Positions 18,997-28,611 of a stretch of DNA of 64,000 nucleotides are shown here, piece after piece. Both the position numbers and the translations under genes were made by a program. Location: NCBI GenBank assembly GCA_963765495.1, contig CAVXWP010000008.1, forward strand, positions 160,001 to 224,000, in the 5' to 3' direction. Positions within the stretch are counted from its first letter, which is position 1; every line of letters begins with the position of its first letter. Origin of the DNA: Blastocatellia bacterium (GTDB taxonomy: Bacteria > Acidobacteriota > Blastocatellia > UBA7656). The notes under the pieces are model-generated. The model was not told the origin of the DNA, did not search any database, and saw only the letters and a program-made list of their open reading frames with translations.

Positions 18997-19770
18997 TTAC
19001 TTTACAATGGACCCGCAACCGAAGGAGTCGGGAGGGAACGAGGGATTGAGATCAATCTTTGTGAAGAACAGGTCATAAAGCAGCGCGCCATCGAGCGAGA
19101 CGTGCTGGAGGAATGGTAGCTGAATGCCGTCTACCTCACGATAATCGGCAAAATCTATTACCAGTGTATGCTGATTGCGGATCATCTGAACCCTTTGAAT
19201 GACATGCCAGCTATCCACCAGCACTACCCAAATGCCTGAGGCAGTCTTTATTTCGAACTTATCCTGATTGCCTTCTACGGGGCCAAGATATACGGCGCGT
19301 AATCTGGCATCTTGAATCTGTTTGAGGATCGGGATAAGCCCGAAGGATTCTACGCTGAACTTTACCGCCCTTGATTCCGATTCATCCAATTGATTGGATG
19401 CGTTCACCAGATTACCTTCTTCGAATTCCGAACGGCAGGCCACCTGTTCGCCGACGATGTCAATTTGTTCCCTCAATTGATGTGGAGCAACCTTGTCGCG
19501 CTTGAAAGTGTTGCCGTCGGTTGAAACCGTGATCTTTCGCTCAAAATACCCCGGCAGGTCGCTTCCGGGGTTCACGTGGTAATACATCAACTTTCTGGCT
19601 TCTGCCACATAGGAAACCAGTGCGTCAGGGGTCTGCAAGACGTTGTGTGCCTGCAGTACCTCATCAATACTTGAAACAGGCCCCGCTGTATTTGCCTTCC
19701 CGGCAAATGCAATCGCGATCCCTGTCGTAAGCAGGCCGATTATGGCCATAGCAAGCATGATTTTTTTCAT
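18997..19770 (-). CDS. secreted hypothetical protein with LolA-like C-terminal motif
   Basis: MKKIMLA signal peptide after aaggag; FADYREVDGIQLPF and INP-type C-terminal motif. Confidence 0.65.
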   Translation of the reverse strand: MKKIMLAMAIIGLLTTGIAIAFAGKANTAGPVSSIDEVLQAHNVLQTPDALVSYVAEARKLMYYHVNPGSDLPGYFERKITVSTDGNTFKRDKVAPHQLREQIDIVGEQVACRSEFEEGNLVNASNQLDESESRAVKFSVESFGLIPILKQIQDARLRAVYLGPVEGNQDKFEIKTASGIWVVLVDSWHVIQRVQMIRNQHTLVIDFADYREVDGIQLPFLQHVSLDGALLYDLFFTKIDLNPSFPPDSFGCGSIVK

Positions 19771-19891
19771 TTGTACTCCTTTCATCCGTGCAAATTAGAC
19801 GGTCGGGCAGTCACGCCCGGCAGATAGCGAGTCTCTGTCCGACCTTTTGGAGCAAACATGGAGCAAGTGATTTACTAAAGAGCAGTCGGTT

Positions 19892-20161
19892 TTAACCCAG
19901 ACAATGGTCAATGCAGGAGGCATATATATCCTCGCATGTTGGGTCTGAACTGATGCCGTTGTGTGACAGACACACTAAATACGCTTCCTGGCACATTTGC
20001 AAACAGGCGCCTTGAGCGAGAGCCGTAGAATAGGGCTTTGCCAGCCCTATGGTCATTACTAAAAGGATCGCCAGAGCGAGGATGGCAAATGCTTTCCGGG
20101 TAGATTCGTAGAGACTCGACAGAGGCGATGTCCCTCTATTTTTGGCTTGAGCCTTGTTCAT
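19892..20161 (-). CDS. small secreted six-cysteine peptide
   Basis: aaggag RBS; hydrophobic segment ending ALA; mature part CLQMCQEAYLVC...CEDIYASCIDHC. Confidence 0.75.
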   Translation of the reverse strand: MNKAQAKNRGTSPLSSLYESTRKAFAILALAILLVMTIGLAKPYSTALAQGACLQMCQEAYLVCLSHNGISSDPTCEDIYASCIDHCLG

Positions 20162-20379
20162 ATCAATCTCCTTTCAGTTTTTCCTGGCGGTCAATCTCCG
20201 CCGGTTCACCGGGGTTATTGGCTGATAAGGAGGCTGGGGGGACATAGGCGAGAGAAAATTTTTCGCACTCGGTAAAAACAGATAAGAGTTGACATTGATA
20301 TGAGGCCCGGGTGTCTGGATGCTTTGACAGTGATTTACATTCAAATCGAATCAGCAGATTTCATTAAAGAGACGCGTGG

Positions 20380-20410
20380 TGGTATGCCGGGCACGCTCAT
20401 GCCACTTTAC
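20380..20410 (+). promoter_or_regulatory. putative ECF promoter, copy B (TGGTAT-N17-CACTTTAC)
   Basis: Motif shared with 15533-15563 and 22066-22096; upstream of the second sigma gene. Confidence 0.5.
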
Positions 20411-20548
20411 AGGTGTAAAGCCCTTACTTTGTCAGCCTATTCTTGATGAGCGATTTGTGTGCGCCTTTGGCGGGGATTCAATCCAGAGAGGACGAGTTTA
20501 GTCCCGGAAGCCCGCGAGGGACACTCTTCGCTGTGGGAGGGAATCAGG

Positions 20549-21271
20549 ATGAAAGATGGGGAGACCAACTTGTGGAAACGTTACCATGAGCACGACCCGG
20601 AAGCGCTTGAGGATTTGGTGAAGCACTATATAGGTCTGGTGCGATTCTGGACTAAGAAGATGACCGGAATAGCTCCGTGGGTGGAAAGGGAAGACCTGAT
20701 GCAAGAGGGATTGATCGCCCTGACAAAGGCAATCCCGGAATTTGAGCCCGATAGAGGAAACGATTTCAGCACCTATGCCGGACCCTGGATTCGCGGGGCA
20801 CTTCTTGCTTATCTGCAAAGTGGGCGCAATTTGCCTCGCCTTCAGTATGAGAACTTTAGGAGAATAGATCAGGCACAGGAAGCCCTTATACGCAGGAAGG
20901 GAGACAAACCAACCCTGGCGGAGATCGCTCAGGAGGCCGGATTGACCGAGCAGCAGGTGCATAGGGCGATTGATGCGATGGCCGTCGCCACGCCGGAGGG
21001 ATTTATAGATTGCGATACAGGTTCAAGTGTGAGAAGTTACAGGGACGAAGGTCCTGAAAATACAATTCTGATTCGTGAATTGTTGTTGAATTTAAATGAA
21101 AGGGAGAGATGGGTATTGGCAGAATTTTATGATCTGGGCTACACGGATCGCGAGATCGCCGACCGGCGCAACCTGACGCCGGACCATGTTAAGAAGATTC
21201 GTCACCGGGCACTGGAAAAACTTGGTAAACTGCTTGATAAGAAACTGGGAGGGCAGCGCCATGAAGACTGA
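20549..21271 (+). CDS. sigma-70 family factor, FliA/SigB-like (regions 2, 3, 4)
   Basis: EDLMQEGLIAL, FSTYAGPWIRG, PTLAEIA, TDREIA..TPDHVKKIRHRAL; start set at MKDGE after ggagg. Confidence 0.87.
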   Translation: MKDGETNLWKRYHEHDPEALEDLVKHYIGLVRFWTKKMTGIAPWVEREDLMQEGLIALTKAIPEFEPDRGNDFSTYAGPWIRGALLAYLQSGRNLPRLQYENFRRIDQAQEALIRRKGDKPTLAEIAQEAGLTEQQVHRAIDAMAVATPEGFIDCDTGSSVRSYRDEGPENTILIRELLLNLNERERWVLAEFYDLGYTDREIADRRNLTPDHVKKIRHRALEKLGKLLDKKLGGQRHED

Positions 21272-21911
21272 AGATCTGGAAAGGGCATTAAGGGATGCGA
21301 AGTTCCACCACCTGGTCGATGATGTGCTCATTTCCTACCGGGACCAAAAACTGGATGGAATCAGCCGCAGACAGGCCGAGGCGCACCTCGATCTCTGCCT
21401 GATCTGCGAGAGGCGTCTTTTGCTTCTTCAAGAAGAGCTATTGGCGCTCGATGATCAAGATATGCATCCCGAGGAAGCGGCTTTGGTGGAGCGGGTATTG
21501 AATCAGATGCGCATAGGACAATCTTCGACTTCAGAGCCCCGAGGCCCCGGCCCTTCGATGAAGGATCGTGTGAACGTGTATATGCAACAGGCATCGGCGA
21601 GTTGGCAAGCCTGTGTGTTGCATATAATACCTGTGCGAGAAGCCGCACCCGGCGACGAGATCTGGCGATGGGAGAGCGAGGATGGCGGGTTTGTGGCCTA
21701 TGCCATCATGAAATCTGCCGACAACCTGGCTTTCCATTTTTCTTCCACAGACCCGGCCCTGGAAGGCGCGCCTCTGAGAATCAAGGCAGGCTCCCTGAGT
21801 CAAGAGACAATATTGAGACGCATCTCTGAGACAGATATTTCCGCTGAAATCGTAATCTCGCGCGATAAACACCCAAATAGTTTCGACGACATCTCCTTCG
21901 AAACCGACTGA
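21261..21911 (+). CDS. zf-HC2 anti-sigma-like protein (no obvious TM segment)
   Basis: EAHLDLCLIC (HxxxCxxC); ATG at 21261 overlaps the sigma stop. Confidence 0.72.
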   Translation: MKTEDLERALRDAKFHHLVDDVLISYRDQKLDGISRRQAEAHLDLCLICERRLLLLQEELLALDDQDMHPEEAALVERVLNQMRIGQSSTSEPRGPGPSMKDRVNVYMQQASASWQACVLHIIPVREAAPGDEIWRWESEDGGFVAYAIMKSADNLAFHFSSTDPALEGAPLRIKAGSLSQETILRRISETDISAEIVISRDKHPNSFDDISFETD

Positions 21912-22065
21912 TGCAGCCCTTGCCCGGGAGGGTATTTAGCCGTTCCTCTACTTCGGGATTGACCGCGCAGATGCTTTCATAGAGTGAAAACCCAGACAAT
22001 GCAAGGCAGTTCTTCACGGCTCTCTATTGCAAATCCAAAAATTGAAAAGAAAAATTCTTCCCGCA

Positions 22066-22096
22066 TGCGATATTTGTCACCCGCTTCGCACTTTAC
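22066..22096 (+). promoter_or_regulatory. putative ECF promoter, copy C (TGCGAT-N17-CACTTTAC)
   Basis: Motif shared with copies A and B; ATG follows at 22099 (15-aa ORF). Confidence 0.55.
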
Positions 22097-22724
22097 CTAT
22101 GAAAGTCTACAACCCGGACTGTGAACCTGGAAGAATTCAAGAGTAGAAACAGCTTCCAGGCTTTCAGATACAGGGGAAATGTAGTTTAATCTGTAATACT
22201 TTCGATGCTATTGATCATTAGCAAGTTTTACTTCCGGGCTATTAAATGAAAAGTTGTTGGCGAGGGTAGTGACTACGTATTGAGAGCCCCTGTAGTTGAG
22301 GGATATTCCAATGCGACCCAGAGGGTTCCCTTGCTCAATTATTTTTCGGATATAGCCGCGCCGTAGGTATGCCGAACAGGGTAGACTGACGGGCGTTTGC
22401 TAGCGCGCCCGATGTCACCCTCTATAGAAAGAAAGTCATAATAGTTCTCAAACTGGTCTGTCGAGGTCCCGAGGAACCACTCTTTGATTGATGTATAAGC
22501 TTCACGTTCCTTCGCGCACTTGCAAGCGGCAGGTTCTCGCAAGTGCGCGAAGTACGCAAAGATTTTCCTGAGAATTAAATTAGCCTTGGAATTGCTCTGG
22601 GATAGCTCTGTATTTCGAGACGGCATTCTTGACACTGCGATCATCCAGCCCATAAAATCGTTGCCTGGGTCGGTCCCCGCTGTGAACGCAGGAATTCTTT
22701 ATTCGATGTTACTGGGGGTATCCT

Positions 22725-24134
22725 TTGAGACTGCGACTGCTTCTCAACCTGGCACTCATCATGGCTGTTATCGCTCTGGAGTCTCATTCTTCAGGGGCAG
22801 CATTCCCTCGTCCAACCATCGGTAATGATGATCGCGTGCCCCAGGAGCTTGAGGTTTTTCAAGGATATCTCGACCCGGCCCCGGATGGAATGGATGTGCG
22901 TTATGTATGGACTCTGCCCGGAGGTCACGGGGAAAACGTACGCATCGCTGATATTGAACTAAACTGGAACCTTCAGCATAACGATCTACTCGAAGTCTCA
23001 AACAGGACATTTCTGCTCGTCAAAGGGATAGACCCGAACCCGGAGATCAATCTACAACACGGGACCGCAGTGCTGGGCGAACTGGCCGCCGCCGATGACG
23101 GCATAGGCGTGACGGGAATCGCGCACGCCGCACAGATAGGGCTGGTCAATCCCGTAGGAGCCGGTGTGAGTCTGAAAGTGGCCGATGCCATCAAACAGGC
23201 CATGAGAAAGCTTGCCGCGGGCGATGTGGTGTTGATCGAAATGCAATCGCCTAACGGACCCCACTTTGATCCTCGCACCGGACTCGGGCTTGCTCCGATT
23301 GAGATAGAGCAGGATGTGTTTGATGCGATACAGGAAGCGACATCACGTGGTATAACCGTGGTCGAACCGGCGGGCAACGGATTCGAAAATCTTGATGACG
23401 CGGCATTTGGCGGCAAATTCAACCGAAACAACCGCGATTCGGGAGCAATAATGGTAGGGGCAGGGTTGCCGCCCGAAGGCATCTATGGCCCGGGGCCGGA
23501 CCGCGTACGGACCGAGGAATCCAACTACGGCTCGCGTGTGGACGTTCAAGGGTGGGGTCGCTTCGTCACGACTTGCGGGTATGGTGATCTGCGTCACGAG
23601 CAGGGCGTCAATAACTGGTACACAACGCTTTTCGGAGGAACTTCGGGCGCTGCCGCGATGGTAGCGGGTGCGGCGGCCATTATACAAAGCGTGGTCAAGC
23701 AGCGAGGCCGCGAGCCGCTCACGGCGGTTCAATTGCGGCGCTTACTCGCTTCAACCGGCACGCCGCAAGCGGGAAACACAAACCAATCAATAGGTCCTCG
23801 TCCGAATCTTCGCGCCGCAATCGAAATGCTCGATACCGATCCGAGCGAATTAGCGCCACGGATTACGGCGATCAAATACAAAAAGACGGCGGGAAAATTT
23901 GTCATTGACGGCGAAAATTTCGTCTTAAATGAATCCATCCTTGAAATAGACGGCCAGCCAGTCATGCGCATAAAGTTTCCTGTCGATTATAGGCTGCCCG
24001 GCGGCGTCGCTTTGCGCATGAAGACTAAAGATAATGTGAGCGCGCTGGTTCCAACAGGCGTTGAAGTTTCATTGACAATTCTCAATCCAACAACCGGGAA
24101 GCGCTCCGAGCCGTTTCCATTTACCAGACCGTGA
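22725..24134 (+). CDS. S8 subtilisin-like serine protease, secreted
   Basis: Catalytic triad motifs IADIE, HGTAVLG, GGTSGA; AGN oxyanion motif; C-terminal Ig-like domain. Confidence 0.88.
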   Translation: MRLRLLLNLALIMAVIALESHSSGAAFPRPTIGNDDRVPQELEVFQGYLDPAPDGMDVRYVWTLPGGHGENVRIADIELNWNLQHNDLLEVSNRTFLLVKGIDPNPEINLQHGTAVLGELAAADDGIGVTGIAHAAQIGLVNPVGAGVSLKVADAIKQAMRKLAAGDVVLIEMQSPNGPHFDPRTGLGLAPIEIEQDVFDAIQEATSRGITVVEPAGNGFENLDDAAFGGKFNRNNRDSGAIMVGAGLPPEGIYGPGPDRVRTEESNYGSRVDVQGWGRFVTTCGYGDLRHEQGVNNWYTTLFGGTSGAAAMVAGAAAIIQSVVKQRGREPLTAVQLRRLLASTGTPQAGNTNQSIGPRPNLRAAIEMLDTDPSELAPRITAIKYKKTAGKFVIDGENFVLNESILEIDGQPVMRIKFPVDYRLPGGVALRMKTKDNVSALVPTGVEVSLTILNPTTGKRSEPFPFTRP

Positions 24135-24198
24135 CCTCTCACGGGGCTCAATCACTCCGGCTGGTGATTTGAAATCTCAAATTTCAGATTGCCAAATC

Positions 24199-24975
24199 TC
24201 AGATGATCGTGCCGCCGCCGTCTACAACCAGAGTGTGCCCCGTGATGTAACCCGATGCCGGTGAGGCCAGAAAGACTGCCACGCCTTTCAATTCGCCTTC
24301 ATTGCCTACTCGGCCCATCGGGACACCGGCTTCTATTTGCGTCTGCGCGGCTTCCAGGACTCGCTCCGTCATTCGGGAAGGGAAGAAGCCCGGGGCAATC
24401 GCATTGACTCTTATGCCGTGGCGCGCCCACTTTGCGGCAAGCTCGCGGGTCAGCGCGATCAAGCCGCCCTTGGCCGCGACATAGCCCGAGATGTGCTGCC
24501 CGTCTTCCATGGAGCCGAGCAGACCGGCTACCGATGCCACGTTTATGATGTTGCCGCTTTTGTGCTTGAGCATTTCGCGTCCGGCCCGCTGTGCGAAAAG
24601 AAACGCGCCCGTCAGGTCTATGTCGATTACCTGTTTCCATTTGTCGAGTGGCATCTGTTCGGCGGGAGCGCCCCAGGTGACGCCCGCATTGTTTACGAGA
24701 ATATCTATACCACCGAATCGCTCAACCGTGTTGTCGACGACTCTCTGAACATCATCAGGGTTAACGACATCGCATAATTCTCCTTCACATTCAAAGCCCC
24801 GGCTCTTAAACTCTTCCACCGTGGGCGTGAGCCACTGTTGGCGGCGGGCAAGCAGCATAAGCGAAGCGCCTGCTTCGGCCAGTCCTTCGGCCATCTCTTT
24901 GCCGAGCCCGCGCGAGCCGCCCGTGACAAGCGCGACTTTGCCTGAAAGGTCAAATAACTCCTTCAAAGTTTGCAC
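24199..24975 (-). CDS. SDR family oxidoreductase (gluconate 5-dehydrogenase-like)
   Basis: TGGSRGLG, NNAG, YVAAK (YxxxK), IAPGFFPS. Confidence 0.9.
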   Translation of the reverse strand: MQTLKELFDLSGKVALVTGGSRGLGKEMAEGLAEAGASLMLLARRQQWLTPTVEEFKSRGFECEGELCDVVNPDDVQRVVDNTVERFGGIDILVNNAGVTWGAPAEQMPLDKWKQVIDIDLTGAFLFAQRAGREMLKHKSGNIINVASVAGLLGSMEDGQHISGYVAAKGGLIALTRELAAKWARHGIRVNAIAPGFFPSRMTERVLEAAQTQIEAGVPMGRVGNEGELKGVAVFLASPASGYITGHTLVVDGGGTII

Positions 24976-25115
24976 CTATAGATCTCCTTTTTAGCGTTTG
25001 TTCTTCTGATTGCGAATAGGCCGATTAAAACGGCAACAAAATACTACTATTCCCGACTGGTTTCAAGCGCCGGGTTTGAAAGGGCTTATGAGGTAAGAGT
25101 CATTGCCGAACGGCA

Positions 25116-26108
25116 TCAGGCAACCGAGCCGGCGCAACTCGACCCGGCTCCCGCCGTACAGCCAAAACAGTGATTGGCCGTATGGATTCGTCTTTGAGCC
25201 AGCTTCCTCAGATCAAGGTCCTCAAGCTTATTAAGCTCCGCAATAGTCCGCGGCATCCCGTTTGATAAAGGCAGTTCGAGCATCTGATTGAAGTCGCAGT
25301 CATAGAGCCGTCCATCCCAGCCTACGCTGATAAGGGCGCGACACATAAGACTCTCGACCGTAGCCGGGTTAAAGCCTGTCACAAGTTTACGCATGTAACG
25401 GTCATAATTTCCCGAGCGGCGCAGATAGCTGAGAAAACGACTGATAGGCATGTTTGTAATAGTGTAGAGGTGGTTGAACCCGACCGAATATCGCGCAGCA
25501 AGTTCACGTTTGAAATCGCGCTCGATGCCTGCCTGATCGGGCGGCAAGTAAGCGCCTACGGGGTTATAAACGAGGTTGAGCGTCAAACCCGAATCTTGCT
25601 TGCCGTACCCCACATCATTGAGTCGTCGAATCGCCCTGATGCTGTCGTCAAAGACTCCCTGTCCGCGCTGGGCATCGGTCTGCTGGGCGAGGAAGTAAGG
25701 CAGGCTTGCGATGACCTCTACCGCATTATCTCTGAAAAACTCAGGCAGGTGTTGCTTTCCCTCCACGAATTGAACCGTGAGGTTGTGGCGAACGAGCACG
25801 TTTGTGCCAAGCGCCCGCGCTCGCCCAACCAGATACTCGAAATTCGGATTAAGTTCAGGCGCGCCGCCTGTAATATCCAATGTGGAAACACCAAGCCGTT
25901 TAATAGCTTCGATGATCTGTTGCGTGGTCTCGCCTGTCATGATTTCCGTGCGCGCTGGACCCGCATCTACGTGGCAATGCTTGCACGCCTGATTGCAGAG
26001 CTTGCCTACGTTGACCTGCAACGTAGAGATTTCGACCGCGACAAGCTCCCCCAGCCCGTGCAAATCAAGCGTCTCGTCAAATGAGATTATGGGCAGCGTC
26101 TTTGTCAT
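25116..26108 (-). CDS. arsS: radical SAM protein, ArsS (arsenosugar biosynthesis) family
   Basis: LQVNVGKLCNQACKHCHVDAGP, DITGGAPE, C-terminal HCFGCTAGAGSSC. Confidence 0.85.
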   Translation of the reverse strand: MTKTLPIISFDETLDLHGLGELVAVEISTLQVNVGKLCNQACKHCHVDAGPARTEIMTGETTQQIIEAIKRLGVSTLDITGGAPELNPNFEYLVGRARALGTNVLVRHNLTVQFVEGKQHLPEFFRDNAVEVIASLPYFLAQQTDAQRGQGVFDDSIRAIRRLNDVGYGKQDSGLTLNLVYNPVGAYLPPDQAGIERDFKRELAARYSVGFNHLYTITNMPISRFLSYLRRSGNYDRYMRKLVTGFNPATVESLMCRALISVGWDGRLYDCDFNQMLELPLSNGMPRTIAELNKLEDLDLRKLAQRRIHTANHCFGCTAGAGSSCAGSVA

Positions 26109-26165
26109 CCCAATCCTTAAAACCAGCATCTGATAACGGCTCTGTGATTTATCTTTTTGGTTTCT

Positions 26166-26495
26166 CTACATTGAAACCTTATCTACGGCGTTATGGGTCT
26201 GGATGCCGTGAATTAGCGCGGCCCCGCCCCTTATGGCCGAGGCCATGTGAATGGCTTCTGTCATCTGCTCCATATTGGAGCCTGATTCGAGACAGGATTT
26301 AGCATAAGCGTCAATGCAATAAGGGCATTGGAGCGCGTGCGCCACGGCGAGCCCGATGAGAGCTTTCTCTCTGCGCGAGAGAGCCCCGTCCTCTTGAGCC
26401 GCGTTGTACCAGTCCATGAATTTTTGAAAAAGATCGGGTCTGTGTTTGCCTATTTCACCGAACCGCTCAAGGTCGTCCTCTTCGTAATAGTGCAT
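26166..26495 (-). CDS. AhpD/CMD-like peroxidase-related protein associated with ArsS
   Basis: REKALIGLAVAHALQCPYCIDAY (CxxC); adjacent to arsS. Confidence 0.85.
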   Translation of the reverse strand: MHYYEEDDLERFGEIGKHRPDLFQKFMDWYNAAQEDGALSRREKALIGLAVAHALQCPYCIDAYAKSCLESGSNMEQMTEAIHMASAIRGGAALIHGIQTHNAVDKVSM

Positions 26496-27116
26496 CCTCG
26501 AATCCTCCGAAACAGATCGTCAAAAGTATTTTTAGATGATACCGATAATCCTGACTCGAAGAAAGCTCGCCTTGACCGGGCGTCTTAAAGTGATGCGATA
26601 AGACAGTACTGGTGTAGCTTATTAAGACAGGGGCTTGATTGGAAGAAGAAAACAGCCCGGTCGCAAATATTAATAATTTCCCGAAAAACGGCATGTTCCA
26701 AGCAAATCAGCGGATGTGATCCTCTGTGGCACAATGGTTGATAGGTATAGAAGCGAGTTCGGAAATTAAATCGAACACTCACAAGCGTCCACAACTAGCG
26801 CGCTCGTATACAGACTAATACTTTAACATAGGCGTGGATTAGTAAAGACGGTTGTGACAGGGGGGCTGAAAGGCCCCCTTTTGCCTGTTTATCGAAGACC
26901 GCGTATTGCTTGTGCGCGCAGGCGCGACTATTACATTATATGGAAGGGAATTGCTGCGGATCGGAGCGACCGCCCCTGGATGAAATTCTCTGGATGAAAT
27001 CCTGTGGATGAATTGCCGACCGCGCATTTATCAATCATAATGCAGCGAGGGCTGCAAAGAATCGAATCAGTCCCATTACCGAAAGGGGCGATTTTGCAAA
27101 CAAAGGAGATTACTAA

Positions 27117-27758
27117 ATGAACAACAAAAAGACCTACCAGGCGAAGCAGTTCAACCTGAGCGGGCTTAACGGCATTTCCGATCAGACCCTTGAGATGCAC
27201 TTCAAGCTCTATGAGGGCTATGTCAAAAACACAAACACGCTCAATGAAAAGATAGCCGACCTCGTAAAGGGCGGCTCGGTTGGCGAGTCGGACATGGTGG
27301 CCTTCTCCGAGTTGTCTCGCCGTCTGGGTTTCGAATACAACGGGATGGTGTTGCACGAATATTATTTCGGCAATATGAAAAAAGACGGATCGGGCGATGC
27401 AGAGAAGAATTCGGCTTTCAACAGTGCGGTCGAGTCAAACTTTGGCAGTTACGATGTGTGGAAGGCCGACTTCACAAGCGTAGGCAAGATGCGCGGCATC
27501 GGCTGGGTCATCTGCTTTCAGGACCCGACAAACGGATACCTGTCAAACCACTGGATAGCCGAGCACGAAGTAGGCAACATAGCCGGATTCAATCCAGTGC
27601 TGGTTATGGACGTATGGGAACACGCTTACCTGCTCGACTACAAACCGGCCGAGCGACCGAAGTATATCGAAGCCTTCTTCTCAAACATTGACTGGGCTGT
27701 TGTTGACGAGCGTCTGAAGATCGGCTCTCAGGCTCGCCCGGCCAGCGGAAATCGGTAG
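27117..27758 (+). CDS. sod: Fe/Mn superoxide dismutase family protein
   Basis: HFKLYEGYV, LHEYYF, DVWEHAY signature; aaggag RBS. Confidence 0.9.
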   Translation: MNNKKTYQAKQFNLSGLNGISDQTLEMHFKLYEGYVKNTNTLNEKIADLVKGGSVGESDMVAFSELSRRLGFEYNGMVLHEYYFGNMKKDGSGDAEKNSAFNSAVESNFGSYDVWKADFTSVGKMRGIGWVICFQDPTNGYLSNHWIAEHEVGNIAGFNPVLVMDVWEHAYLLDYKPAERPKYIEAFFSNIDWAVVDERLKIGSQARPASGNR

Positions 27759-27791
27759 ACCGGAAAGATAGCCACTCAAGACCACCTGAAA

Positions 27792-27820
27792 AAAGGGCCT
27801 GACATTGTGTTAGGCCCTTT
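27792..27820 (+). terminator. hairpin downstream of sod
   Basis: aaagggcctgaca-ttg-tgttaggcccttt. Confidence 0.7.
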
Positions 27821-27843
27821 GGCTTTACGTGAAGCCTGAATTT

Positions 27844-27918
27844 TAGACAGGATAAACAAGATTCACAGGATTCCAAAAGAGCATAAGAAAAATCTCGTAA
27901 ATCCAGTAAATCCAGTCT
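27844..27918. repeat. ACAGGATT-type nonamer repeat inverted pair
   Basis: gacaggataaacaagattcacaggatt ... aatctcgtaaatccagtaaatccagtc. Confidence 0.7.
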
Positions 27919-28080
27919 GATCTTTTTCACGCGCGAATGGGATTTCTTTCGAAGATGAGATAAACTCTATTCTTAGCGATACGTGATGATCCTGAAAATC
28001 CATTAATACAGGCTTGAAGGCCGGGCGTTACCAGAGGAAAGCGATTATGGAACACTTGCGCTCGGTAAAAAATTTGACAC

Positions 28081-28611
28081 ATGGCTGAAAACAAGAGACA
28101 AAAAACTCTCATTCGAATGGTTGTGAATGGGGAATCTATCGAAGTGGCGTTCGCGCCTCATAAGACGCTGCTTGAAGTTCTGCGCGAAGACCTCAACCTG
28201 ACCGGAACAAAGCACGGATGCGAACTTGGCGAGTGCGGAACCTGTGCGGTGCTTGTTGACGGGGTGCCTGTCTTATCCTGCCTCGCGCTTGGGCTCGATA
28301 TGGAAGACCGAGAGGTTGATACGGTAGAAGGTATGGCAAGAGGCGGGCAACTCCATCCTTTACAGGTGGCCTTTGCCGATCTGGGCGCGGCGCAATGCGG
28401 CTATTGCACGCCGGGTTTTTTGCTTACCGCGCAGGAGTTACTTGAAAAGAACCCTGACCCGAATAGAGAGAGCATTAAAGAGGCGCTGTCAGGCAATCTC
28501 TGCCGCTGCACGGGCTATCTGAAGATATACGAAGCTGTAGAACTGGCCGCCGCCCGCATGCGCGGGGAAGAAGCCGAGCCTGCGAGGGAGACTATCTTTG
28601 GCTATGAATAA
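28081..28611 (+). CDS. (2Fe-2S) small subunit, xanthine oxidase family (HcrC/CoxS-like)
   Basis: GCELGECGTC, QCGYCTPG, GNLCRCTGY. Confidence 0.93.
   Translation: MAENKRQKTLIRMVVNGESIEVAFAPHKTLLEVLREDLNLTGTKHGCELGECGTCAVLVDGVPVLSCLALGLDMEDREVDTVEGMARGGQLHPLQVAFADLGAAQCGYCTPGFLLTAQELLEKNPDPNRESIKEALSGNLCRCTGYLKIYEAVELAAARMRGEEAEPARETIFGYE

Noticed and set aside
25116-25140. Selenocysteine read-through in arsS
   Set aside because: The relevant codon is TGC and the TGA falls at the normal C-terminus
26590-27116. Possible ncRNA or riboswitch between the AhpD-like gene and sod (hairpin at 26860-26880, GGATGAA x3)
   Set aside because: No recognisable RNA family motif; evidence too weak
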